A DNA stretch of 20,000 bases, taken from assembly GCF_004010195.1 (NCBI RefSeq), contig NC_057719.1:52703463-52723462 (forward strand). Reading direction: 5' to 3'. The position numbers were made by a program, and so were the translations under genes. Shown piece after piece: positions 10,341-20,000 of this stretch; positions within the stretch are counted from its first letter, which is position 1; every line of letters starts with the position of its first letter. Origin of the DNA: Chiloscyllium plagiosum. Taxonomy: Eukaryota. The notes under the pieces are model-generated. The model had not been told where the DNA came from. It worked only from the letters and a program-made list of their open reading frames with translations, and did not search any database.

Positions 10341-11522
10341 TCAAGAGGACTGAGATAAGGTGGGGGGAGGGGGAATGTGGAAGCTGGAGAAATCTACATT
10401 CATCCCATGTGGTTGGAGGGTTCCTAAGCGGAAGATGAGGCGCTCTTCCTCCAGGAGTCGTGTGGCCAAGGACTGGCGATGGAGGAGGCCAAGGACCTGC
10501 ATGTCATTGGCGGAGTGGGAGGGGGAGCTAAAGTATTCAGCCATGGGGCGGTTGGGTTGGTTGGTGTGGGTGTCCCAGAGGAGTTCCCTGAAACGTTCCG
10601 CAAGTAGGCGGCCTGTCTCCCCAATGTAGACGAGACCACATCGGGTGTAGCGGATGCAGTAAATGATGTATGTGGTGATGCGGGTGAATTTGCCATGGAT
10701 ATAGAAGGATCCATTGGGGCCTTGGAGGGATGTGAGGGGGGAGGTGTGGGCGCAAGTTTTGCATTTCTTGTGGGTGCAGGGGAAGGTGCCGGGTGTGGAG
10801 GTTTGGTTGATGGGGGGTGTGGACCTGACGAGGGAGTCACGGAGGGAGTGGTCTCTCCTGAATGCTGATAGGGGTGGAGAGGGAAATATATCCCTGGTGG
10901 TGGGGTCTGTCTGGAGGTGGCTGAAATGACGGAGGATGATACGATGTATCCGGAGGTTGGTGGGATTAAAGGTGAGGACCAGTGGGGTTCTGTCCTGGTG
11001 GTGATTGGAGGAGCAGGAAGTGGAGGAAATGCGGTGGAGAGCGTCGTCGACCACATCGGATGGGAAATTGCGGTCTTTGAAGAAGGAGGCCATTTGAGTT
11101 GTTCGGTAGTGGAACTGGTCCTCCTGTGAGCAGATGCGGCGGAGGCGAAGGAATTGGGAATATGGGATGGCGATTTTATAGGGGGCAGGTTGGGAGGAGG
11201 TATAATCTAGGTAGCTGTGGGAGTCAGTCGGTTTGTAGTAAATGTCTGTGTTGAGTCGGTCGCCCGAGATAGAAATGGAGAGGTCTAGGAAGGGGAGGGA
11301 GGAGTCTGTGATGGTCCAGCTAAATTTGAGGTCGGGGTGGAAGGTATTAGTAAAATGGATGAACTGTTCAACTTCGTTGTGGGAGCACGAGGCAGCGCCG
11401 ATACAGTCATCGATGTAGCGGAGGAAAAGGTGGGGGATGGTGCCATTGTAGCTGCAGAAGATGGACTGTTCCACATATCCAACGAAGAGGCAGACATAGC
11501 TGGGGCCCATGCAGGTGCCCAC
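10341..11522 (-). CDS. PLE unit B open frame: RT palm/thumb + CX4CX2C linker + GIY-YIG endonuclease (5'-truncated; homology continues, frameshifted, to 11970)
   Basis: 393-aa frame with LRYIDDCIG (RT catalytic), FLDL, YYKPTDSHSYLDY, PCTHKKCKTC (Neptune-type Cys linker), IIYCIRYTRCGLVYIGETGRLLAERF (GIY-YIG) and LGTLQPHGMN. The Zn-ligand positions look mutated (REL for REH, AEYF for AEHF), so probably non-functional. Confidence 0.93.
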   Translation of the reverse strand: MGTCMGPSYVCLFVGYVEQSIFCSYNGTIPHLFLRYIDDCIGAASCSHNEVEQFIHFTNTFHPDLKFSWTITDSSLPFLDLSISISGDRLNTDIYYKPTDSHSYLDYTSSQPAPYKIAIPYSQFLRLRRICSQEDQFHYRTTQMASFFKDRNFPSDVVDDALHRISSTSCSSNHHQDRTPLVLTFNPTNLRIHRIILRHFSHLQTDPTTRDIFPSPPLSAFRRDHSLRDSLVRSTPPINQTSTPGTFPCTHKKCKTCAHTSPLTSLQGPNGSFYIHGKFTRITTYIIYCIRYTRCGLVYIGETGRLLAERFRELLWDTHTNQPNRPMAEYFSSPSHSANDMQVLGLLHRQSLATRLLEEERLIFRLGTLQPHGMNVDFSSFHIPPPPTLSQSS

Positions 11523-11970
11523 GGCTACTCCTTTGGTTTGGAGGAAGTGGGAGGATTGGAAGGAGAATTTGTTCAGAGTGAGGACCAGTTCAGTCAGTTG
11601 AAGGAGGATGTTAGTGGAAGGGTACTGGTTAGGTCGGCGGGACTGGGAGAAGTGGAGGGCTTGGAGGCCTTCGTGATGGGGGATGGAAGTGTATATAGGG
11701 ACTGGATGTCCATCGTGAAGATAAGGCGTTGGGGGCCGGGGAAGCGAAAATCATGGAGGAGGTGGAGGGTGTGGGTGGTGTCCTGAACGTAGGTGGGGAG
11801 TTCTTGGACCAAGGGGTCAGGACAGTGTTGAGGTATGCAGAGATGAGTTCGGTGGGGCAGGAGCAGGCTAAGACAATGGGTCAGCCGGGGCAGATGGATT
11901 TGTGGATTTTGGGTAGGAGGTAGAAACGGGTGGTGCGGTGTTGTGGGACTATAATGTCGGAGGCAGTGGT

Positions 11971-12207
11971 AACCTCTCCACCACCACCCCCTCTCCGGCC
12001 TATCACCCTCACCCTCACCTCCTTCCAACTATCGTATTCCCAGCGCCCCTCCCCCAAATTCCCTCTCCCCTACCTTTCATCTCAGCCTGCTTGGCACACC
12101 AGCCTCATTCCTGAAGAAGGGCTTATGCCCGAAACGTTGATTTTCCTGCTCCTTGGATGCTGCCTGGCCTGCTGTGTTTTTCCAGCACCACATTTTTCAA
12201 CTCTGAT
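11971..12207 (+). repeat. Inverted pLTR copy capping the 5' end of the PLE composite
   Basis: Reverse complement of ~10093-10323 over ~230 bp. Confidence 0.95.
12106..12143 (+). ncRNA. Minimal type I hammerhead ribozyme motif (intact core, GUU triplet)
   Basis: cattc-CTGAAGA-a-gggc-ttat-gccc-GAAAC-GTT-gatt; predicted cleavage after 12138. Confidence 0.68.
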
Positions 12208-12632
12208 CTTTAAGGGGCCCTATTCTCTTCCGAGTTACCCTTTTGTCCTTAATGTATTTATAAAATCTCTTTTGATTCTCCGTAACCCAAAATGCCAAAG
12301 TTACCTCATGCCCCCTTTTTGCCCACCCGATTTCTCTCTTAAGTGTGCTCTGACTGCCTTTATACTCTTCTAGGGATTCACCCGATCTCTGCTATCTATA
12401 CCGGGCATATGCTTCCTTCTGTTTCTTGATTAAAACCTCAATTTCTGTAGTCATCCAGCATTCCCTACACCTGTCAGCCTTGCCCTTTACCATAGCAGGA
12501 ACATACTGTCTCTGCAATCTCGTTATCTCATTTATGAAGGCTTCCCATTTTCCAGTTGTCCCATTACCTGTGAACACCCGCCCCAACCAACTTTGAAAGT
12601 TCTTGCCTAATGCCGTCAAAATTGGCCTTCCT
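12208..12632 (-). mobile_element. CR1 LINE, 5' continuation of the 6173-7096 copy
   Basis: ORF 12392-12718 contains KWEAFINEITRLQRQYVP...WMTTEIEVLIKKQKEAYARYR, typical of CR1 ORF2 between EN and RT. Rejoins 7096 when the PLE and one TSD copy are removed. Confidence 0.9.
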
Positions 12633-12984
12633 ATCAACATCCCAATGTGCCACACCTCCTCTAGTTTAATATTAGCAGGGCTACGGTCAGATTCTTTGAT
12701 ACCTAGCAGCACCTCCATGCCTGTGTGGTTCTTTTCAGTAAACTTTCAATTTATAATCTGGAGTTAAAAAAAGGAGATGGGCCCACTCTTGTCATTTACT
12801 CAAACAGAAGTTCAGCTCCAAATCTACATATACTCCACTATTAAAAGTACCTTTAACCTCTGTAATTGGAATGCACGACAGAAATGAGCTATTAATCCGT
12901 CAGCTTTTGCCACTATTTACTTAAAGCATTGCCAATCCGCCTTTGTTTCAAATTCTTCACACAACAAACATATGTCAATAGTAA

Positions 12985-13087
12985 ATAAAATTAATTTTTG
13001 AGTCCAGTGACCCTTGTTAAGACTAAGTTTGTAATTTCTGATCTTGTTTATTTCATATTTCCAGCATTTGCAGTTCTTTGTTTTATT
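12985..13087. mobile_element. Old short PLE-pLTR-like repeat with inverted halves
   Basis: 12990-13024 is the reverse complement of a decayed hammerhead-like head (aagggtcactggactcaaaaattaa). 13032-13087 is a plus-strand tail (tttccagcatttgcagttctttg). Both halves match parts of 14535-14670. Confidence 0.6.
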
Positions 13088-13504
13088 ATAAACATACATC
13101 AATCCTAGTCTTGACTATTTTAATTAGTCCACAAATTGATAATGATATTCAATGCAAAACAAAAAATTCTAAACATGTGCAGCTAAAGCCTCATTGCATC
13201 ATTTCCGGGCCTCAATATTTGTTGTCTCCAAATTCTATTAAGCACCTCACATGCATCTTTCCACAAGCTTCAGTTTATTTAAAGGGTTCACACCTGGTTG
13301 GAAGCAGACAGCATCCACAGGGGGAGAAAGTAAAGCAGTCGAAGGGTAAGGTGAATGTAATTAGAACAAACCGCTCACTTGAAGGGTAAAAGCCAAAGAG
13401 TACGGATTGGGCCAGTTAGCCTCTTAGATTGTGCTGTAAATAGTGCACACTTCCATCATCCCAGTCTTCACTATGGTTTATCATTCTCATCACGCTGTTT
13501 TCAA

Positions 13505-13745
13505 AATACTTAAATGATTTTCAAATGCTGTCACGAGAATTCAGTGATCTCCTACTGCTTTATGATCCAGACTGTCGGACAAATTGACCTTTTCCTCTCC
13601 CCTCATTCCCTTAACTCTAAAATTGACAGTGGCTCATTAACCCACTGCATTCCTACTCTGTGGAATTTTCTACCAAGCAATGGCTTCTTACTAGCTATAT
13701 TCTTACCTTTTAAAACCTCAGACTTCACCGGTCTCATTTTTCCAA
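13505..13745 (+). mobile_element. Probable ancient L2/CR1-group LINE 3' remnant
   Basis: ORF 13514-13750 contains IFKCCH...SGSLTHCIPTLWNFLP...FKTS, resembling the C-terminal FKxLH...RAFSxxAPxLWNxLP...FKxxLK signature. Confidence 0.45.
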
Positions 13746-14534
13746 ACTAGACTTTCCATGAATCTCCATTTACCCCATAAGTGATTTATTTTATATCCCT
13801 TGTTGCAAAGATATGTCTTCTACTACTTAAATACAAATTATAGTTATTAGATTTAGCGTATGGATGGCTGGTAAACCAAATATGAACATATTCCTGCTCT
13901 GACCTTTGCAGTGTAGTATTAACAAAGTAGAAGTATAATTTATTGGGTTCTTTGTTAGGTTCTTTGTTGGCTCTTTGCAACAAGTGACTCTATGAAGTTA
14001 ATGATGAATGATATAGAATTGGAGACCAGAGAAAACACAACACTTTGAGCTGTGGATATACAGGTTGAATGAATAATTTGCAATAAATGTGACCATGATA
14101 TCTGTTTGCTGTATTTATGATGATCAGAAATACACTGAATTAATCCTAAAGAATATCCAACTAGATATTTGAAACATTACCACCTTCTTCTGCCCAAAAT
14201 TTGATTCTGTTTATTTATTATATTTATTTTAAAACATTAACCCATCTATTACAACAATTACAACCTGATCTCTAATGGCAAAATCTGGATGTTAAAAATT
14301 AAGTTGCATATATTCAATATGTTGCAAAAATGCAAATTATTTTGCTTGTGATAACATTTAAATATAGGCATAACTCACTTCTATCACATTTGAGCTTTTA
14401 TAAGCAACAACTAGGGATGTAACAATGCAGAAAATTGCACAGCTAATAGCACCAAAATATGCATCCACAGATTTTATGTCTTTACTGCAAAAGGATCATT
14501 ATCTGTTTTTACTAGTCATTTGATTTAAAGGAAG

Positions 14535-14670
14535 TTCAGGATGAAGAAGGGTCACTTGACTTGAAAAGTTAACTCTGTTTTATCTCCACAGATGCTGCCA
14601 GGCTTGCTGCGTTTCCCCAGCAATTTATATTTCTTTTTCAGTTTTTCAGCATCCACAGTTTTTGGATTAT
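14535..14670 (+). mobile_element. Old short PLE-pLTR-like repeat with decayed hammerhead
   Basis: atgaagaa-gggtc-actt-gactt-gaaaagttaac followed by cagatgctgccaggcttgctgcgtttccccagca...cagcatccacagt, the same motif order as the pLTRs. Confidence 0.7.
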
Positions 14671-17600
14671 TTCTGGGGTTTTTTTCTGTATCCACAATTT
14701 TCATCATGAATTAAAAGACAAAGATGGATTCAATTACCGGATAATGTTTTTTAAAAAACTGACAATTTACTCACTGCCCTTTTTGTATCATATAGGTCAT
14801 GTCACCAGTACTCTTATTCCTTGTCAACCTGCTCAAATTTTGCAGTTTTATATCTACACAAGTAAATGCAATAAAAATAGGCTACAGTTTTACACCATGG
14901 TATCTACAACCTAACAATTTGCGCAACCAAAGGTCAGTAACTGAATTTATCACCTTATATCAGCTGGAATTCAAACATTGAAAGAAATGATTTATTTTGT
15001 TCTCCTGGTAAGTAATGAACAAAGTAGAGAAAATATGCTTCATTCATTGCTTGCATAAAAGGTATGGATTAAATGTATTATTCATCAACCAACGTCCAGT
15101 TTGGCTGGAAATACAACCTCAGGTTAAAGCATACTTTTTTGTAAAAGTTCCATATGAATTGATACAAACTCCTAATCAATGAACGGCAATCTTTCTCAAT
15201 ACCACTCCTGGAATAATGGGCAATTATTTCACCGTGTCTTAGTTAAAATAAGTTACCATGTTTCAAAATCAAACTCTAATTCAGCTGTTTGCTTGATATA
15301 AATTGCAACACCTTGACAAGAAAGCTCCTGGGAGTTTTACTTATTGTATTGTTCTTTAGGAATAAAAATAGCACCAACTATGAGATAGAAGTAATGTACG
15401 CACAATGGTAGGAGTAATGATGTGGTGGGGAGAATTCATTGAGCATTTATAAGTGACTTTATTTAAAATCTTGCAAAAATTTATTAATGTTTGTCACATT
15501 TAAAAGGAACAACTAATCAATAAATAAGAGCTGGACATCTCACTTGATAATTCAAGAGACTTTTATTTGTTTTCCTCAGTAATCATGATATTTTTACTTT
15601 GTGTTATCTTTCACTTCAAATGTGAACAAAAAATAGAATATTAATGAAGTATACTTAAAACACATTCAGAAAATAATATAAGCCAGGGCCAATAAATTAG
15701 CATGCCAGTTATGAATCTGCACTGCTATTACTTGTGAATCCATCTGACAATTTTTGTAACAAAGAACAAAGAGATTCTGATATTTACTAATAGCTATACC
15801 AAGAAAAAGAACAAATTGTTAATACCAATGGATTAGGTATATATAGTGTGGGCAATACTTGTTTGAGCAGCACTTTGGAGACCTACCGTGGGTCAATGAT
15901 ATGGACGAAGAACAATGCACAGGTTATAGAGATAATGGCCTCCAGCACTTTCTAGCCCGGTGAATCGATATAAGACTGCATGACATTTCTCCTCCAATTT
16001 CATAGACTAAATAAAGCAGTTGGCATCAGCTGTCAAACTTTCAGAAATCAATTTAAGACAGTCAGGAATTTCATCCATGACAGCAAATGTGTCACATTTT
16101 TCTTAAGAGTAGTACTCCACTAAAATTCAGAAAATCCTACAATTTCATTTACACCTTACTTTGCTACAAATGTAAGAGTGAAAGGATAAGACTGCACAAA
16201 GAGAAACATCCTCAAAAGAGGATGCAATGTACAAAAGTGCAAGCTATTGAAATCAAAGGCTGCAGTGAAAATAGTGGGCTGAATTCTTTCAGCCACTGAC
16301 GTGGGTTGTGGCACATCAGTTGTGAAAATAAGACAAGAACGGAAAAATAAGATACCCAATATCAACAAAGAATAGTCTGAGTTTATAACCAAGATTTGAA
16401 CAGCAAAGTGAGAATTTTGATACTGAGTGGTAAGGAGTCTATTTGCAACCAATAGCATGCATTAATATGTCATTAACACTTAATTGTGCCTCATTTATAT
16501 GCAGTTTCCAATAATGCCAGGCATCAGAGAATTCCCAACATGAAATCCAGAGCTGGTATCTGGTGGCACCTTCCATTGCAATGTAGTTGCCAGGCTACTT
16601 TGCAGACAGGGCAAAGCACCCATCTCATGGAGTGGAACAGACTGCGCCTCAGGGCTTCTTGCTTGTTATTGTTAGTACTCACCAGTTTGTGCCTACTTGG
16701 ATGTTCCAGCACTTATGCCTTGCCTTTCTTTTTCACATGTTACTGCTTTAATTAGAACCTCAAGCTCACAATACTTACGTCTTGTCTTGCTGGGTTGCGC
16801 AGACATAAAGCCAGGCAGTTTGTCATGTTTGGCAGCAATGATCAGCCAAGGAGGTGGACTTGTTGCTGCACATTATGCTATGTCAATATCACACTGACAG
16901 CATTTGGCTTCTATGAACACTGCAAACAGACTGCATATGCTGTGAAGAAATGGCAATATTTCCAGTCTAAGAGGAGTTGTCCTCAATCAAGTCAAGGGTT
17001 CTGTCGTGAGTCAGGGGGCCTCATCACAGTCAGGCAAGAACAACATTTGATCTTAGACCAGGGGCTTAGATCAAATAGTTGGCTGCTTGGAGTAGTCAGG
17101 AACAGGGGTTCTATAGCTGTACAGTCTGGGAAGTTAGCCATGGGCCAGGTATGTAGGTCCAGTGCAACAAAATGATTTGCAGTCAGTCAGTCAGGGAGCA
17201 GCACAGATCAGTCAGTGGCCTGGTCACTCTTCATCTGGACTGTCATTCAAGTCCATCAGGGGACAGGCTGGACCATGGACAGACCTGCAGTGTCTGCTCA
17301 CAGAAAGGGAAAGGCTGGGGTATGGGGTGACGGGGTTGGGGGGGAGAGGGGGGAGCTGTGTGTGCAGAGTGTAATCAGTGGCCACTCTGTGATTATGAAG
17401 TTGATGAAGTCAATTATGTGGACTGGATACAGCATACTTGGATGCAGAGGGGAAAATAAATGAAGGGAGACAACTGAACATCTAAGGGTGGGATATGATA
17501 GTGCATTGAAGGAGATGGGTTATTCCAAAAGCGTGGATCATTGATAGCTACAATCACTTTGGCTTTGACGGGAGAGACACATGGCAAAGCTGTGGTTCAG

Positions 17601-19608
17601 CAGAGAATGTTGGGAGATGAAGATTCAAGTGAAAGAGGTGGGTGGGAATATATGGAAGCTCATAAATGATAGGGTTAACAGAGAGAGCAAAGCAAAAAAA
17701 AAGGGTGTTCAGGGCATCCATTGAGTACCAGGCTGAGCTTCTGCCTCAATCTAGCATGGGGTAACCTCTATTGCCTGACATCCTCATCCAAATCACAAAT
17801 GTGCTGTGGAATTTGAAAATGACTGGCACCACAGTTGGAGTGGATAGTGTAAGTGGTTCATTTCTATCTGAAGATCTGGGGTTTACTTGTGAAATGCATG
17901 ATACCCTTCAATGGGTGATTGCACTAATCTGACACTTACACAATGCACATCAAAGTCAAGCAATATTCTTGTAAATGTGATTAAAATTGCAAGCAGTTTG
18001 GCTAAATTAAAGTAGAATAAATAATTTCCAGTAATGAGTCAGCAAACAATTGATATAATATTGTCAATACCAAGATAACAGTCAAGACAGAGCTGTCCAG
18101 ACATTAAATAGGCAAAATGCGGTCAATCTTCAGCAACACCTTATATACCAGTCTCCTCCATATAGTGTCCACTTGATACAACACAGACCTTAAGTTATAC
18201 AATGATACTACTTTTCACATGAGGCTGAACTTATCCTTATCAAAATTTAACAGGGACTGTCATATTTTGGGGAGTCTAACATTTGGAAATAAATTTAATA
18301 TAGTAAAGTTCAAAGACCATACCTCTAAGTCCTATCATAATGTATCATGTAATTCAAAACAGCCTCCAGTTCTCTTCTCAGAGACAGATCTTTTTAAATC
18401 TAACTGGGGAATCATTTTAGACCATGCCATAAATTCACGGTACAATCATGGCAAGTAACATTTGTGGTTGAAAAGTGAGATGCAAGTCACTAACACCAGT
18501 TTATTACCTTAACATAAATCTTACTGAATTTATTTACACTTCTTGGCACATCTCATGATGAGCATGTTGTTTCTCCTCTGAGAGGTTTTGTCTGTATTAT
18601 GATTAAGGATAGCAACACTGCAGTTCTGATTTTTTGACTTTAAGACGTGCAAAGTATCTGATGTGCATTATATTGACAAGTGTGCAACAATTGCCAGGAA
18701 TAGCTGGGAGAGCTTCAAGTGAAGTGTTTCTGGAAGTAAATGAGATTTAGCAGTTTTGTATTCAACCAGGAACAAGATTTTTCTGCAATTGCTTTTTACT
18801 TCTGTGTATTGGAATGTTAAGTCACTTGAGGATATACAAATTATGAAGCCAAGTAGAGGTCATCCTTGTTTTGCGGGACTGATGACAATGAAAATTGTAC
18901 TTGCATATAGCTGCTTCTGTGATTTCTGGTAGGTTTCCACTGGGGGATTTTTGAATCTCACCTCTCCGGTAAAATGGTAGGTGTTACAACTGAAGGTAGA
19001 CAAGTGTATTGCTGCACTATTCCCAGTGCATTATGGCTCCTACGGTAAAATACAATACTCTACCCAGTTCCCAAAATGGCCAATTAACTTCCTTGGATGG
19101 AACCTTATAGGACCCTAACCCATGTGGGCTACAGTGAGAAATCTGGGCAACTCAAGAAGACTAGGAAGGCCTATCTCAACATTGGAACCAGTTAGCTATA
19201 ACCCTGAACAAAGTACTCCAGGCGATGAGATGGGATTTTCATTTAGCAGTGAGAAGATGCCTATTAATGAGAATTATTGCTTGTTAAAAATGTCCAATCT
19301 TGCTTCATGATCTGCAGTTTCCTATCCTACCATTAGCTGCAAGGGAAGTAGATGTCACACAGCTTCCAATGTGAAAGGCAGAGCAGGTACCTGGTGACCC
19401 CTGCTCATTGCTTACTCTTCCTCGTTGCCAACTTGGATATCCAGTAACAAGACCTCAAGGAGCAGCCCAGCCAAATACAGCCCTCATTCAAGGGCAGCTG
19501 CCAGCATCTCAGATCCACTCTGATCCACGTAGATGGCACTTCTGCAGTTTAAAGATGCACTTTAGAGTACACTAAAGCAGAAATATTGCTGCAAGGACAC
19601 ATTGTGTC

Positions 19609-20000
19609 AGCTAAGAGAGGGCATGAAAAATCTTTGACGGATAGGATCAAGGATAACCCAAAGGCATTTTATGCGTATGTGAGAAACATGAGAATGACGA
19701 GAACGAGGGTAGGACAGATCAAGGACAGTAGTGGGAGACTGTGTATTGAGTCGGAAGAGATAAGTGAGGTCTTGAATGAGTACTTTTCTTCAGTATTTAC
19801 AAACGAGAGGGACCGTATTGTTGAAGAGGAGAGTGTGAAACGGACTGGTAAGCTAGAGGAGAATACTTGTTAGGAAGGAAAATGTGTTGGACATTTTGAA
19901 CAACTTGAGGATAGACAAGTCCCCCGGGCCTGACGGGATATATCCTAGGATTATATGGGAAGCAAGAGAGGAAATTGCAGTACCATTGGCAATGATCTTT
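19609..20000 (+). mobile_element. CR1 LINE ORF2 fragment (5'-truncated, runs off the window)
   Basis: AKRGHEKSLTDRIKDNPKAFYAYVR...EVLNEYFSSVFT, then after a frameshift KSPGPDGIYPRIIWEAREEIAVPLAMI. Confidence 0.93.

Larger units (their letters stand above)
7097..12207 (-). mobile_element. Neptune-type Penelope-like element composite (partial tandem dimer with inverted 5' pLTR) nested in CR1
   Basis: Two RT-containing units and three pLTR copies (7097-7270, 10036-10340, inverted 11971-12207). Flanked by ctga(a/t)ctttaagggg at 7082-7096 and 12203-12217; CR1 sequence continues on both sides. Confidence 0.93.

Noticed and set aside
7292..11923. Many Gly/Val/Glu-rich plus-strand ORFs and Pro/Ser/Thr-rich alternate minus-strand ORFs; G-quadruplex-like runs
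   Set aside because: A consequence of the strong C-rich strand bias of the PLE coding strand.
10093..12202. Interpretation as a TIR DNA transposon or an LTR retrotransposon
   Set aside because: The encoded protein is a PLE RT + GIY-YIG with no transposase, gag, protease or integrase; the repeats are pLTRs.
13942..13968. Short repeat gg/ttctttgtt x2 (NKEPNKEPNK in ORF 13786-13983)
   Set aside because: A trivial 12-bp slippage duplication, not an array.
14700..19600. Short ORFs (60-126 aa) and a purine-rich patch near 17000-17700
   Set aside because: No recognisable motifs or coherent exon structure; possibly very old repeats, but not assignable by eye.
1..20000. Prokaryotic systems (CRISPR array, retron, group II intron, DGR) suggested by RT + repeats + structured RNA
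   Set aside because: No spaced repeat array or operon structure; the RTs are PLE and CR1 type in vertebrate-like repeat DNA.

Overview
Repeat-dense, non-genic eukaryotic DNA. The repeat repertoire resembles a cartilaginous fish (shark); that taxonomic call is an inference. No host protein-coding gene can be supported. The centre of the window is a ~5.1 kb Penelope-like retroelement (PLE, Neptune-type) composite at 7097-12207 on the minus strand, inserted into a CR1 LINE and bounded by one target-site duplication (TSD). On the element strand it reads: inverted pLTR, 5'-truncated unit B (RT + Cys linker + GIY-YIG), pLTR, unit A (N-terminal domain + Ala/Thr-rich insert + RT, GIY-YIG deleted), pLTR. 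Two smaller PLE insertions (1557-2118, 3745-4145) show the same TSD plus inverted-pLTR architecture. Eight minimal hammerhead-ribozyme-like motifs (CUGANGA-A-helix II-GAAAC-GUH) occur in pLTR-type sequence, two with intact cores. Also present: two Tx1/L1-like 3' fragments, three CR1 copies (one with a 370-bp tandem duplication, one with an internal inversion), a probable L2 remnant and an 84-nt assembly gap. About 14.7-19.6 kb is mostly AT-rich sequence I cannot assign. All identity counts are manual.
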